Below are positions 1 through 11,104 of a stretch of 64,000 bases of DNA, piece by piece; the stretch's first letter is position 1; the number at the start of each line of letters is the position of its first letter. The position numbers and the translations under genes were made by a program. The stretch lies in contig NZ_LXET01000009.1 in NCBI RefSeq assembly GCF_001655005.1, forward strand, positions 43,706 to 107,705. The letters are read 5' to 3'. The notes below the pieces were generated by a model, which worked only from the letters and a program-made list of their open reading frames with translations, was not told the DNA's origin and ran no database searches. This stretch comes from Hafnia paralvei ATCC 29927 (lineage in GTDB: Bacteria; Pseudomonadota; Gammaproteobacteria; Enterobacterales; Enterobacteriaceae).

Positions 1-1250
1 AGTATGAAAAAGTGCCTGATACCTTGGACGTATGGTTTGATTCTGGCTCAACCAGCTTCTCTGTGGTTGATGCGCGTCCTGAATTCCACGGTCACACGGC
101 AGATATGTATCTGGAAGGTTCTGACCAGCATCGTGGTTGGTTCATGTCCTCGCTGATGATTTCTACCGCGATGAAAGGCAAAGCGCCTTATCGCCAGGTA
201 CTGACCCACGGTTTCACCGTTGATGGTCAGGGACGCAAGATGTCCAAATCAATCGGTAATACCGTAAGTCCACAGGATGTGATGAACAAGCTGGGTGGCG
301 ACATCCTGCGGCTGTGGGTTGCATCTACCGATTACACCGGCGAAATCGCGGTATCCGACGAAATTCTGAAACGCTCTGCGGATTCTTATCGTCGTATTCG
401 TAACACTGCACGCTTCTTACTGGCTAACCTGAATGGTTTCGATCCGAAACAGCACATGGTTAAGCCTGAAGACATGGTGGTGCTGGATCGTTGGGCGGTT
501 GAGCGCGCGATGGAAGCACAGAAGGAAATTCTGGTCTCTTACGAGAACTATGACTTCCATGAAGTGGTTCAGCGTCTGATGCAGTTCTGCTCGGTTGAAA
601 TGGGCTCCTTCTATCTGGATATCATTAAAGACCGCCAGTACACCACCAAAGCAGACAGTATTGCGCGTCGCAGCTGTCAGACCGCGCTGTACCATATCGC
701 TGAAGCATTGGTTCGCTGGATGGCGCCAATTATGTCCTTCACCGCTGATGAACTGTGGGGCTATCTGCCGGGCGACCGTGCCGAGTTTGTCTTCACTGAA
801 GAGTGGTATCAAGGGCTATTTGGTTTGGGTGATTCCGAGTCCATGAATAATGACTTCTGGGCTGAGCTGCTGAAAGTTCGTGGCGAAGTGAACAAGGTGA
901 TTGAACAGGCGCGTAACGATAAGCGCGTTGGCGGCTCTCTGGAAGCGAGCGTCACGCTGTACGCCGATGATGATCTGATGGCTAAACTGAACAGTCTGGA
1001 AGATGAGCTGCGTTTCGTGTTGATCACCTCTGGTGCTCAGGTTGAAGCGTTGGCGAATGCGCCGGCCGATGCAGTACAAAGCGACGTGTTGAAAGGGCTG
1101 AAAGTGGCGCTGAGCAAGGCTGATGGCCAGAAATGTCCACGCTGCTGGCACTTCTCTACCAAAATTGGTCAGAGCGCAGAGCATCCAGAATTGTGCCCAC
1201 GCTGCGTGATCAACGTCGCCGGTCATGGCGAACAACGTAAGTTTGCATAA
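1..1250 (+). CDS. ileS: Isoleucyl-tRNA synthetase, C-terminal part (5' end lies outside the window)
   Basis: In-frame ORF contains the class-I aaRS KMSKS motif and a C-terminal Zn-binding CxxC...CxxC region. It sits in the ileS-lspA-fkpB-ispH synteny. Confidence 0.95.
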   Translation, partial: YEKVPDTLDVWFDSGSTSFSVVDARPEFHGHTADMYLEGSDQHRGWFMSSLMISTAMKGKAPYRQVLTHGFTVDGQGRKMSKSIGNTVSPQDVMNKLGGDILRLWVASTDYTGEIAVSDEILKRSADSYRRIRNTARFLLANLNGFDPKQHMVKPEDMVVLDRWAVERAMEAQKEILVSYENYDFHEVVQRLMQFCSVEMGSFYLDIIKDRQYTTKADSIARRSCQTALYHIAEALVRWMAPIMSFTADELWGYLPGDRAEFVFTEEWYQGLFGLGDSESMNNDFWAELLKVRGEVNKVIEQARNDKRVGGSLEASVTLYADDDLMAKLNSLEDELRFVLITSGAQVEALANAPADAVQSDVLKGLKVALSKADGQKCPRCWHFSTKIGQSAEHPELCPRCVINVAGHGEQRKFA

Positions 1251-1750
1251 TGGTAGGTGCAATGAAACGACCTATGATGTCTACAGGACTGCGCTGGCTC
1301 TGGCTGGTGCTGGTCGTGTTAGTGATAGATTTAGGCAGTAAGTATTTAGTCCTACAAGAGTTCGCTTTAGGCGAAACCAAAGTATTGCTGCCATCGTTAA
1401 ATCTTCACTATGCACGTAACTACGGCGCCGCTTTCAGCTTTTTAGCTGACAGCGGTGGCTGGCAGCGCTGGTTCTTTGCTGGCATTGCCATTGGGATCTG
1501 TGTGGTGTTGTTAGTGATGATGTATCGCTCAAGTGCGACGCAAAAACTGAATAACATCGCCTATGCCCTGATCATCGGTGGTGCGCTGGGCAATTTGTTT
1601 GATCGACTCTGGCATGGGTTCGTCGTCGATATGATCGACTTCTACGTTGGAGACTGGCATTTTGCCACCTTTAACTTAGCGGACTCCGCCATTTGCGTTG
1701 GCGCTGCGCTCATTGTTTTGGAAGGTTTCCTTCCTAAGAAAAAGGGATAA
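1250..1750 (+). CDS. lspA: Lipoprotein signal peptidase II (the true start may be an internal Met at ~1262)
   Basis: 166-aa multi-TM protein, near-identical to E. coli LspA (…[10 protein letters not shown]…[17 protein letters not shown]…). Its start overlaps the ileS stop. Confidence 0.95.
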   Translation: MVGAMKRPMMSTGLRWLWLVLVVLVIDLGSKYLVLQEFALGETKVLLPSLNLHYARNYGAAFSFLADSGGWQRWFFAGIAIGICVVLLVMMYRSSATQKLNNIAYALIIGGALGNLFDRLWHGFVVDMIDFYVGDWHFATFNLADSAICVGAALIVLEGFLPKKKG

Positions 1751-1755
1751 CCGTT

Positions 1756-2226
1756 ATGACTCAGCAAGTGCAGAGCAACAGCGCAGTACTCGTGCATTTC
1801 ACCTTGCAGTTAGAGGATGGCACTCAGGCTGAATCTACGCGCAGCAGTGGCAAGCCCGCTCTGTTTCGTTTAGGCGACGGTAGTTTGTCTGACGCGTTGG
1901 AAGAGCACTTGCTGGGACATAAGGTGGGCGATAAGTTTCAGTTCACTTTACAGCCGCAGGATGCTTTTGGTGAGAACAGCCCCGATCTTGTTCAGTTCTT
2001 TACCCGCCGTGATTTCGCCGATGTAGGCGTTCCAGAGGCGGGAACTATTATGATGTTCACTGGCCGAGACGGCAGCGAAATGCCGGGTATTGTGCGTGAA
2101 GTTGCCTGTGATTCAGTGACCGTTGATTTTAACCATCCGCTTGCGGGACATCCGGTCGCCTTTGACGTAGAGGTGCTGGAGATTGACCCGCAGCAGGGAG
2201 ACGTTGATGCAAATCCTGCTGGCTAA
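1756..2226 (+). CDS. fkpB: FKBP-type peptidyl-prolyl cis-trans isomerase
   Basis: 156 aa, collinear with E. coli FkpB ([11 protein letters not shown]…DFNHPLAG…VLEIDP). Confidence 0.9.
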   Translation: MTQQVQSNSAVLVHFTLQLEDGTQAESTRSSGKPALFRLGDGSLSDALEEHLLGHKVGDKFQFTLQPQDAFGENSPDLVQFFTRRDFADVGVPEAGTIMMFTGRDGSEMPGIVREVACDSVTVDFNHPLAGHPVAFDVEVLEIDPQQGDVDANPAG

Positions 2227-3154
2227 TCCGCGTGGTTTCTGCGCGGGTGTCGACCGGGCTATTAGTATCGTAGAACGCGCGCTAGAAATTTATGGCGCGC
2301 CGATTTATGTCCGTCATGAAGTGGTGCATAACCGTTATGTCGTCAACAGCCTGCGTGAACGCGGAGCCGTGTTTATTGAAGAGATCAGCGAAGTCCCTGA
2401 TAACACGATTCTGATTTTCTCCGCTCATGGCGTTTCTCAGGCGGTACGTGCAGAAGCCAAAGCGCGTAATCTTACTATGTTGTTTGATGCAACCTGTCCG
2501 CTGGTGACTAAAGTCCATATGGAAGTTGCCCGTGCTAGCCGTAAAGGCACTGAAGCCATTTTGATTGGGCATGCAGGGCATCCAGAAGTCGAAGGCACGA
2601 TGGGCCAGTACAGCAACCCTGAAGGGGGGATGTATCTGGTTGAATCGCCAGAGGACGTGTGGAAGTTACAGGTTAAAAATGAAGCTAACCTGTGTTTCAT
2701 GACGCAAACTACGCTTTCAGTGGATGACACATCAGACATTATCGACGCACTGCGCGAGCGTTTTCCGCAGATTATTGGCCCACGCAAAGATGATATTTGT
2801 TATGCGACCACTAATCGTCAGGAAGCCGTACGTAACTTGGCTGCTGAGGCCGAAGTGGTCCTGGTTGTTGGTTCAAAGAACTCATCGAATTCAAATCGTT
2901 TAGCCGAATTAGCACAGCGAGCGGGCATTCCAGCATTTTTGATCGATTCTGCTGAAGATATTCGCGAAGAGTGGTTAGAAGGTGTGAATTGCATCGGCGT
3001 CACCGCGGGCGCTTCAGCCCCCGATATTCTGGTGCAAGAAGTGATTAAACGTCTTCAGGCATTAGGCGGAGAAGGTTCGGTTGAGATGCAAGGACGTGAA
3101 GAAAACATTGTTTTCGAAGTGCCGAAAGAACTGCGAGTTAAACTATTAGATTAA
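2207..3154 (+). CDS. ispH: 4-hydroxy-3-methylbut-2-enyl diphosphate reductase
   Basis: [19 protein letters not shown]… matches IspH/LytB. The internal Met at 2207 aligns with the E. coli start. It overlaps the fkpB end. Confidence 0.93.
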   Translation: MQILLANPRGFCAGVDRAISIVERALEIYGAPIYVRHEVVHNRYVVNSLRERGAVFIEEISEVPDNTILIFSAHGVSQAVRAEAKARNLTMLFDATCPLVTKVHMEVARASRKGTEAILIGHAGHPEVEGTMGQYSNPEGGMYLVESPEDVWKLQVKNEANLCFMTQTTLSVDDTSDIIDALRERFPQIIGPRKDDICYATTNRQEAVRNLAAEAEVVLVVGSKNSSNSNRLAELAQRAGIPAFLIDSAEDIREEWLEGVNCIGVTAGASAPDILVQEVIKRLQALGGEGSVEMQGREENIVFEVPKELRVKLLD

Positions 3155-3157
3155 AAT

Positions 3158-3185
3158 TTTGCCCCACTTCAGTGGGGCGCTTAAT
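3158..3185 (+). terminator. Hairpin after ispH (GCCCCA-cttca-GTGGGGC), weak U-tract
   Basis: Stem-loop seen directly in the sequence. The T-run is poor, so it may be only a partial terminator. Confidence 0.35.
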
Positions 3186-3244
3186 GGATGTTGTACGAAA
3201 CGGAGTTTCTCATGGAAGGTTACAAGTATTTCTCTAAGCGTGTA

Positions 3245-4195
3245 ATGACGCTGATGGTTTTGGTTGCCAGTGTGTTTGTCAGTGCGTGTGATAACAGCGC
3301 AGCGACTCCAGAGAGTTTGAGCAGTGCTCGAGCAAAATTCAAAACAGAAATTGTCGATACCAGCTTCCAAGGCGATGGTGAACCGGCAACTCCCCCCGCA
3401 GATATCTTTTCCCTCGTAAGCTATCCTGCCCAAGATGGCAAAATGGCGGCATTTCTGACACCTGATCCCCACGATGGAAAAAAACACCCTGCGGTTATTT
3501 GGCTGGTTGGTGGATATGGCGGCATTGGTAGCGATGATTTTTTCTGGACCGAGCAAGATCGCAGTAACGATCAAAGTGGTAGCGCATTTAGAAAATCGGG
3601 CTTAGTGATGATGGTGCCCAGTTTTCGTGGAGAAAATGCTAACCCAGGAAAATATGAGATGTTTTATGGTGAAATTGACGACTTAGAGTCAGCCAGAAAA
3701 TACTTAGCATCACAGCCTTACGTTGATCCAAATCGGATTTATTTGGCGGGGCACAGCACGGGGGGAACTCGTGTTCTTTTAGGCAGTGAGTATCTAACAG
3801 GATTTAGAGCGGCATTTTCTCTGGGCGGAATTCCCGATCTGAAAAAACGTATCGAGGGAGGGAAGATGATGGTTGCCGTACCCTTTAATCAGAATAACCC
3901 TGAAGAGTTTCGCCTACGCTCCCCTGGCGAGTTTATAACATCAATAAAATCGCCAACCTTTTATTTCGAAGGTGAAGAGTATTTCTGGCCGGAGTTCGAT
4001 GACTTAAACGTGGTTGCCAAAGAAAAGTCTATCCCGCTGCATATCTATAAAATAGATGGTGGAGACCATTTTAATATCATTACTCCGGTAACCGAGATGA
4101 TAGCCCAAAAAATTCTGCAAGATACCGAAGATAAAGTGAATATTTCGTTCAGCGATGGCGATCTGCGTACCATTCAAAACGGTATCTCTCACTAG
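3245..4195 (+). CDS. Putative lipoprotein of the alpha/beta-hydrolase fold (esterase/peptidase S9-like). The ORF is open from 3188 and the start is uncertain.
   Basis: N-terminal signal with lipobox-like …VFVSAC. There is a GHSTGG nucleophile elbow (GxSxG) and a later GGDH region. No E. coli counterpart occupies this position, where rihC normally lies. Confidence 0.6.
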   Translation: MTLMVLVASVFVSACDNSAATPESLSSARAKFKTEIVDTSFQGDGEPATPPADIFSLVSYPAQDGKMAAFLTPDPHDGKKHPAVIWLVGGYGGIGSDDFFWTEQDRSNDQSGSAFRKSGLVMMVPSFRGENANPGKYEMFYGEIDDLESARKYLASQPYVDPNRIYLAGHSTGGTRVLLGSEYLTGFRAAFSLGGIPDLKKRIEGGKMMVAVPFNQNNPEEFRLRSPGEFITSIKSPTFYFEGEEYFWPEFDDLNVVAKEKSIPLHIYKIDGGDHFNIITPVTEMIAQKILQDTEDKVNISFSDGDLRTIQNGISH

Positions 4196-4240
4196 TTTCT
4201 GTGTGTGGGTTTAAATTTTTACGGAAATTTTTCTGCTGTT

Positions 4241-4266
4241 AAAGGCCAGTTTTACTGGCCTTTTGT
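4241..4266. terminator. Bidirectional intrinsic terminator (aaaGGCCAGT-ttt-ACTGGCCtttt)
   Basis: Perfect 7-bp inverted repeat flanked by A-run and T-run, between convergent genes. Confidence 0.7.
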
Positions 4267-4454
4267 GAATGTCGTCGGTTACGTAGATTCGTTAAACAAT
4301 ATTTGTTCCAGAAACATGAGCATAATGAATTCGGATAATGCTTCTTACTAGCACGGTAGAGTGAGTGGAAAGGCGATGACAGCGATTTTAGGTGCTCTAA
4401 ATGGATAGAGCACCCGTTGAGTGTCCTGCTTATTCCTAGCCAGCAAATATTCTG

Positions 4455-4931
4455 CTATTCATCCCTACATGCATCTACTGCGCGGATCACCATTTGATAC
4501 CCTGTGCAACGGCATAGATTACCCGCTAATCCCCGGCGGATTTCTTCGTGCGTCAGCGGGCGAGAGGTATGTTTAGCCAGCAAGGCCGTCGTTGCCATCA
4601 CCAAACCCGGCGTGCAGAATCCGCACTGTACCGCGCCAGCATTGACGTATGCCTGTTGTACCTTTGATATTTCCCCATTTCTCACCTCGCCTTCGGCGGT
4701 GCGGATCTGCTTACCATCGGCCCATACGGCGAGGTATAAGCAACTGTCAGTGGCAACGCCGTCAATCAGCACGGTGCAAGCACCGCATTCTCCGACTCCG
4801 CATCCCTGCTTCACGCTGGTTAGGCCTTGTTCACGTAGCAATTCCATTAAAGACATCGCTGGAGACAGGCAAAATTGATAGGTTTTGCCATTAATTTGGC
4901 ACTCAATATCAACCCAGTTTTTATGTTTCAT
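4455..4931 (-). CDS. xdhC: Xanthine dehydrogenase-family [2Fe-2S] subunit
   Basis: 158 aa with two 2Fe-2S cysteine clusters ([10 protein letters not shown]…; …CGFCTPG…CRCTGY). Same size and order as E. coli XdhC. ATGA overlap with the upstream gene. Confidence 0.85.
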   Translation of the reverse strand: MKHKNWVDIECQINGKTYQFCLSPAMSLMELLREQGLTSVKQGCGVGECGACTVLIDGVATDSCLYLAVWADGKQIRTAEGEVRNGEISKVQQAYVNAGAVQCGFCTPGLVMATTALLAKHTSRPLTHEEIRRGLAGNLCRCTGYQMVIRAVDACRDE

Positions 4932-5806
4932 TGGATATGTCCTCCAGCGCGTTCAACGGCTAATGTGATAGCCCGTTGGGCCAAGGTGCGGATCAGATGT
5001 AGACGAAATGATTTTTCTGCGCGCCAAGATGAGCGTGGTGAAACATCTTGCGCAACGGCCTCGCTAACGGCGGCGAGAGTTTGCTGGGTAATTGGCTGAC
5101 CGATGGCGCAGTTCTCAGCCTGTGGGCAGCGAATTGGGGTCGGTGCAGCCACCCCATAGGTTAAGCGCAATTCTGTAAAACGCCCTTCGGCAATGCGACA
5201 AACTGCCGTGCAGCCAATAGTGGCGATATCCATCGCACCGCGCATCGCGTATTTAATGTAACTGCTGCCGATATTTTGGTAGTAGGCCGGAGCAAAGTGG
5301 AAAGCCACCACGATTTCACCTTGCTGTAGCGCCACTTTACCGGGGCCGGTGTGAAAACCTTCGATTGAGCGCTTATAGCTTCCGCTTTGGGTGGCGATTT
5401 CTAATTCGGCCTTAAGCGCCAGCGTGGGGGACGCCGAGTCTGCGCTGGTGGCACCGTTGCAGATATTGCCACCGAAGGTGGCTACGTTACGCACCTGTGG
5501 CCCCGCGATGGTAGCCGCAGCCTCGGCAAGTAGAGGCAGATGCTGTTGGATCAATGGATGTTCAATTATTTCAGTAAAGGTCGTGGCTGAACCGATCCGC
5601 AGATGGTTATGGCGATCGAGCGTGATCCCTTTGAGTTCAGCTAAGTCGTGAATATCGACGATATGACGATACTTAGGATTAAGGTGATGCAGTTGGATTA
5701 ACACATCCGTGCCACCGGCCAGCAGACGAGCCTGTGGGTGTTCAGTGAGCAGCTCACAGGCATGTTGTACGTTGCGAGCGCGGTGATAGCTTTCAATATC
5801 GTACAT
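4928..5806 (-). CDS. xdhB: Xanthine dehydrogenase-family FAD-binding subunit
   Basis: 292 aa (same length as E. coli XdhB). FAD-binding CO-dehydrogenase/XDH medium-subunit motifs (…AGGTDVL…). Confidence 0.85.
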   Translation of the reverse strand: MYDIESYHRARNVQHACELLTEHPQARLLAGGTDVLIQLHHLNPKYRHIVDIHDLAELKGITLDRHNHLRIGSATTFTEIIEHPLIQQHLPLLAEAAATIAGPQVRNVATFGGNICNGATSADSASPTLALKAELEIATQSGSYKRSIEGFHTGPGKVALQQGEIVVAFHFAPAYYQNIGSSYIKYAMRGAMDIATIGCTAVCRIAEGRFTELRLTYGVAAPTPIRCPQAENCAIGQPITQQTLAAVSEAVAQDVSPRSSWRAEKSFRLHLIRTLAQRAITLAVERAGGHIQ

Positions 5807-5808
5807 GA

Positions 5809-8094
5809 TTACTCCCTGATGAGTCCGGCGAGAACAAATTCGTTAAACAGCGTTTTAGGCGTGATAGGCAAGGTGTTAATTGCCACGCCGGTCGCCATGC
5901 GGATTGCATTCCTGATTGCCGGAGCGGGCGAGATAATCGGTGGTTCACCCAGTGCTTTATGCCCATACGCAGACTGCGGTTCGTAGGTGTCAACAAAGGC
6001 ACAGTCCAGATCGGGCAGATCCATAATGGTGGGGAACTTATAGTCCAGCAGGTTTGGATTGCGTACTACACCGGTTTTCTCATCGATGATCATCTCCTCA
6101 AACAGCGCCCAACCAATTCCCATTCCCATGCCGCCATGTACCTGACCTTCCGCTAACTGAGGGTTAAGAATTCGGCCAGAATCATGCATATTGAGGATCT
6201 TGTTGATGGTGACTTTGCACAAAGGAATATCGATAGTGAGGTCGACAAAGGTGCAGCCAAAAGCCGGTGGGTTAGTCGTGGTTTTGTGCGAGATTTCAGC
6301 CAGCAACTGAGCGCCGATTTCCTGATGATAATAGGCATGCATAGAGACGTCAGCGACGCTCATCAGTACCATTTCAGGCTGCGCGGCCATCACCACATTT
6401 CCATCGAGTAGCGTAAGCCCCCACTGAGGCTGGTGGCTAATCAACTCGGCATGAGCCAGAATTTTGCTACGCAGCTCGGTTGCCGCCTGTCTAACCGCGG
6501 GCGCTGCTACGTAGCTCTGACGCGATGCAAATGCGCCCGGATCGTAGGCGGTAATATCGGTGTCTTGGGTGGAGATGACGCGAATATGCTCAAAAGGGAG
6601 TCCTAGCGTTTCCGCCGCCATCTGAGCGAATACGGTATCCGAGCCTTGCCCAATTTCCGTCGCGCCGATTTGCAGATTAACCGTACCGTCTTGATTAAGC
6701 AGCATTCGAGCGCCCGCAATTTCAACGCCGACCGGATAGGTATTGGAGCCATAGCTGAAGCAGGCAATGCCAATGCCGCGCCGCACATCTCCGTTTTGCT
6801 GCAGGCATTCGGCTTTGCGCGCGTCCCACTCAAACATGTCGCGGCCTTTTTCCAAGCATTCGACTAATCCAGCGCTGTATATGGTTTTGTGGTTAACCGG
6901 ATTAATATCGCCGCTGCGTGCGGCATTCAGTAAGCGCACCTCTACGGCATCCAACCCGAGTTTTTCGGCGGCATCATCTAATAAGCACTCAAGGGCAAAA
7001 GCGACCTGAGGCGCACCGTATCCCCGCATGGCACCCGCGGCAGGATAGTTGGAGTAGTGGGTGAGGGCCGAATAGCCAAAGGCACTGCGGGGATAGAGAT
7101 AGCTAATTTTGTTGGCACCGGCAGATGCAATAGAGTGCCCATGAGAAGCGTAAGCGCCGGTATTGGAGAGCACATCAAGCTGATAGCCCGTGAGTATGCC
7201 GTCTTTATTGAGCCCTAACTTGGCATCAATGCTAAATGCATGGCGAGTCCGAGAGGCAAAAAAACACTCTTCACGACTCAATTCGACTTTAACCGGAATC
7301 CCCCCCATTTTCAGCGTTAGAAACGCTGCCATAGGTTCTTCTAAAACGTCCTGCTTGTTACCAAAACCACCGCCAATATAGGGTTTAATCACGCGAATAT
7401 TTGACCATGGTAATCCCAACGCTTGAGCAACGGTGCGGCGAACGATTTGAGGAATTTGGGTGCTGGACACAATCACAATGTGATCGGGCTGCTCCATATA
7501 AGCGAAACAGGTCACGCTTTCCATGTGGCAATGCTGAATCACTGGCGTTTGAAAATGAGCGCAGAGCTGTAAATCAGCCGCGGAGATCGCCTCTGTGGGC
7601 TGATTAGCGCTGATGTCGCTTTTTTTCAGTATGTTTCCCGTTGGATGGATGGGCGTTGCGCCTTCTGCCAGTGCGGCTTGGGCATTAGTGATGACCGGTA
7701 ATTCTTGATAGGTCACGTCCACAAGTGCTGCGGCGCGTTCTGCCGTAAGCGCATCTCTGGCGACCACAATCGCCACCCCATCACCAAAATGGCGGACGTG
7801 CTGGGTCAACAGACTACGGTCGGCAACGTCACGTTTGGCGGCCTCTAAGGACCAAGCGTGCCCAGCGGTAGGGAAGAGGAGTTCGGGCACATCTTTAAAG
7901 GTAAAAATCGCTTCTACGCCTGGCATGGCAAGCGCAGCAGAAGTATCAATAGCGGTGACCTTCGCATGGGCAACAGGACTGCGTACGTATTTGGCATAGC
8001 GCATCCCCGGCATTTGATGATCGTCGGTATAACGGGCGCGTCCGGTAACCTTTGCTTCAGCATCAACCCGTTTGAGTGGTGATCCTAACGACAT
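5809..8094 (-). CDS. xdhA: Xanthine dehydrogenase-family molybdopterin-binding subunit. The ORF is open to 8262, but the start is placed at the Met at 8094.
   Basis: 762 aa from MSLGSPLKRVDAEAKVTGRARYTDD…, collinear with E. coli XdhA throughout. Strong RBS AAGGAGAAAGCT before the ATG at 8094. Confidence 0.85.
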   Translation of the reverse strand: MSLGSPLKRVDAEAKVTGRARYTDDHQMPGMRYAKYVRSPVAHAKVTAIDTSAALAMPGVEAIFTFKDVPELLFPTAGHAWSLEAAKRDVADRSLLTQHVRHFGDGVAIVVARDALTAERAAALVDVTYQELPVITNAQAALAEGATPIHPTGNILKKSDISANQPTEAISAADLQLCAHFQTPVIQHCHMESVTCFAYMEQPDHIVIVSSTQIPQIVRRTVAQALGLPWSNIRVIKPYIGGGFGNKQDVLEEPMAAFLTLKMGGIPVKVELSREECFFASRTRHAFSIDAKLGLNKDGILTGYQLDVLSNTGAYASHGHSIASAGANKISYLYPRSAFGYSALTHYSNYPAAGAMRGYGAPQVAFALECLLDDAAEKLGLDAVEVRLLNAARSGDINPVNHKTIYSAGLVECLEKGRDMFEWDARKAECLQQNGDVRRGIGIACFSYGSNTYPVGVEIAGARMLLNQDGTVNLQIGATEIGQGSDTVFAQMAAETLGLPFEHIRVISTQDTDITAYDPGAFASRQSYVAAPAVRQAATELRSKILAHAELISHQPQWGLTLLDGNVVMAAQPEMVLMSVADVSMHAYYHQEIGAQLLAEISHKTTTNPPAFGCTFVDLTIDIPLCKVTINKILNMHDSGRILNPQLAEGQVHGGMGMGIGWALFEEMIIDEKTGVVRNPNLLDYKFPTIMDLPDLDCAFVDTYEPQSAYGHKALGEPPIISPAPAIRNAIRMATGVAINTLPITPKTLFNEFVLAGLIRE

Positions 8095-8589
8095 AGCTTT
8101 CTCCTTAGAGGAGCGTGGTTTTTTTAATAAAATTAAGAGGAATGTATAAACAGAATAAAAGCAGCAAGATGCACGCCATCGGGTGCTATTGAATAGTGTG
8201 ATTTTCGGAAACGTGAGCATGATCGGTTGTTTTTCACCTGCAAGGCCACAGAATGTGACCAACGGCAGTTTTAGGCCTTGAAAGGGGGGCTCAGGCCTAT
8301 CAAAGTGGGAATGTTGGTATCAAATTGACACTGAACTTATCGTAATGAGATGTTAGTTCTACCGGCGCTAACTGTTTGGTTTTGCATGATTATGCGGATG
8401 ATTGTTTTTTATTCTTTGCTTCTGTTTTAGGCCAAAAACATACTGTCTGGGAATTGTTATTGCTGATGATATTGAGCTCTCATCGCAATTTTCTAATTAC
8501 AGCGCATTTTTTCTGGCAGTGACATCTTAGAGCCGTTAACCTGAAACTAACATTGCAGGCTCATTGACCATATTGCTGAGCGAAATTAA

Positions 8590-9429
<840 letters not shown>

Positions 9430-9477
9430 GTGAAATGCGTATTTTTGTTTGATTTTGTTGTTTTTAATTTTATTTTA

Positions 9478-9521
9478 AACCCATAAATAACAAGGTGTTA
9501 TTTATGGGTTTTTGTTTTTTT
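9478..9521 (+). terminator. Rho-independent terminator after dapB
   Basis: AACCCATAAATAA…TTATTTATGGGTT stem followed by a TTTGTTTTTTT run. Confidence 0.8.
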
Positions 9522-9854
9522 ATTAGCTGATTTTGTATTTGACTGTAAGGTTGGTATAAATCACCATATTTTACTTTTTATTAACCTTGGCGGAAACTCT
9601 GATTGACCTTTGTAGAGGAAAATTGCATCATAACCCCATTGCCGCTGAACTCCGATACTGGCAACCGTTTTCTATTTTCAATTAATATCTTCTTTTAACC
9701 ACTTCGCTGTAAAAATCAATTCAAAGCTGTAAAAAACACAAAAAAATCCCGTTTTCATGTAGACAAGGATTCGTCGCGTCTTTAGAATGCGCGCAATTTG
9801 CCGGAAATTAGTCAAGAAGGCAGTTTTTTGCATTGATTTAGATCGAATGATCTG

Positions 9855-9890
9855 CATTAATATGCAAATAATGTGACTGAATATTCTTTG
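9855..9890 (+). promoter_or_regulatory. carAB P2 region with tandem ARG boxes (ArgR operator)
   Basis: TGCATTAATATGCAAATAATGTGACTGAATATTCT is near-identical to the E. coli carAB P2 ARG-box pair. It lies immediately upstream of the carA SD and TTG start. Confidence 0.55.
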
Positions 9891-9899
9891 GAGGGTGTT

Positions 9900-11087
9900 T
9901 TGATTAAGTCAGCTATATTGGTTCTGGAAGACGGAACCCAGTTTCACGGTCGGTCGATAGGCGCAGATGGATCGGCAGTGGGCGAGGTGGTCTTCAATAC
10001 GTCAATGACCGGTTATCAAGAAATCCTTACTGATCCTTCCTATTCCCGCCAACTAGTCACTCTTACTTATCCTCATATCGGCAACGTCGGCACTAACGCC
10101 TCTGATGAAGAATCCTCCGCTGTTCATGCTCAAGGTCTGATTATTCGCGATCTGCCTCTGATTGCCAGCAACTACCGCAGCACAGAATCGCTCTCTGATT
10201 ATCTGAAACGTCACAACGTTGTCGCTATTGCTGATATTGATACGCGTAAGCTGACCCGCCTACTGCGTGAGAAAGGTGCACAGAACGGCTGCATTATTAC
10301 TGGCCCGGTAGATGGCTCATTGCCTGATGCGCAGCTCGCGCTGGAAAAAGCGCGCGCGTTCCCAGGCCTAAAAGGAATGGATCTGGCCAAAGAAGTCACA
10401 ACCCGAGAATCTTACGCATGGACTCAAGGTAGCTGGACGCTGATGGGCGATTTGCCCGCCGCGAAAGAGGCGTCTGAGCTGCCATTCCACGTGGTTGCCT
10501 ACGATTACGGCGTCAAACGTAACATTTTACGCATGTTGGTAGACAGAGGCTGCCGCTTGACGGTCGTACCCGCGCAAACCCCTGCTGAAGATGTGCTGAA
10601 ACTTAATCCAGATGGCATTTTCTTGTCGAATGGTCCAGGGGATCCTGAACCATGTGATTACGCTATTCGCGCAATTAAAACTTTCTTGGATACGGATATT
10701 CCGGTGTTTGGCATCTGCTTAGGTCATCAACTTTTAGCGCTGGCTAGCGGAGCCAAGACTATCAAGATGAAGTTGGGTCACCACGGCGGCAACCATCCGG
10801 TAAAAGATCTGGATAAAAACGTTGTGATGATCACTGCTCAAAACCATGGTTTTGCCGTAGACGGCGATAATTTGCCGCAGACGCTGCGCATTACGCACAC
10901 ATCACTGTTTGACCACACGGTTCAGGGCATTCACCGTACCGATAAGGCCGCATTTAGCTTCCAAGGGCACCCTGAAGCCAGCCCTGGTCCACATGATGCT
11001 GCGCCGCTGTTCGACCACTTTATTGATTTAATTCAGAACTACCGTTCCACGGGCTCAGTCAATACCCCAGCCGTAAACGCTAAATAA
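9900..11087 (+). CDS. carA: Carbamoyl-phosphate synthase small subunit, TTG start (the ORF track's ATG at 9873 is probably not used)
   Basis: [18 protein letters not shown]… aligns with the E. coli CarA N-terminus MIKSALLVLEDG. GGAGGG SD is 5 nt upstream of the in-frame TTG at 9900. E. coli carA is known to use UUG. Confidence 0.9.
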   Translation: MIKSAILVLEDGTQFHGRSIGADGSAVGEVVFNTSMTGYQEILTDPSYSRQLVTLTYPHIGNVGTNASDEESSAVHAQGLIIRDLPLIASNYRSTESLSDYLKRHNVVAIADIDTRKLTRLLREKGAQNGCIITGPVDGSLPDAQLALEKARAFPGLKGMDLAKEVTTRESYAWTQGSWTLMGDLPAAKEASELPFHVVAYDYGVKRNILRMLVDRGCRLTVVPAQTPAEDVLKLNPDGIFLSNGPGDPEPCDYAIRAIKTFLDTDIPVFGICLGHQLLALASGAKTIKMKLGHHGGNHPVKDLDKNVVMITAQNHGFAVDGDNLPQTLRITHTSLFDHTVQGIHRTDKAAFSFQGHPEASPGPHDAAPLFDHFIDLIQNYRSTGSVNTPAVNAK

Positions 11088-11104
11088 TCAGGAGCAATAA
11101 ACAA

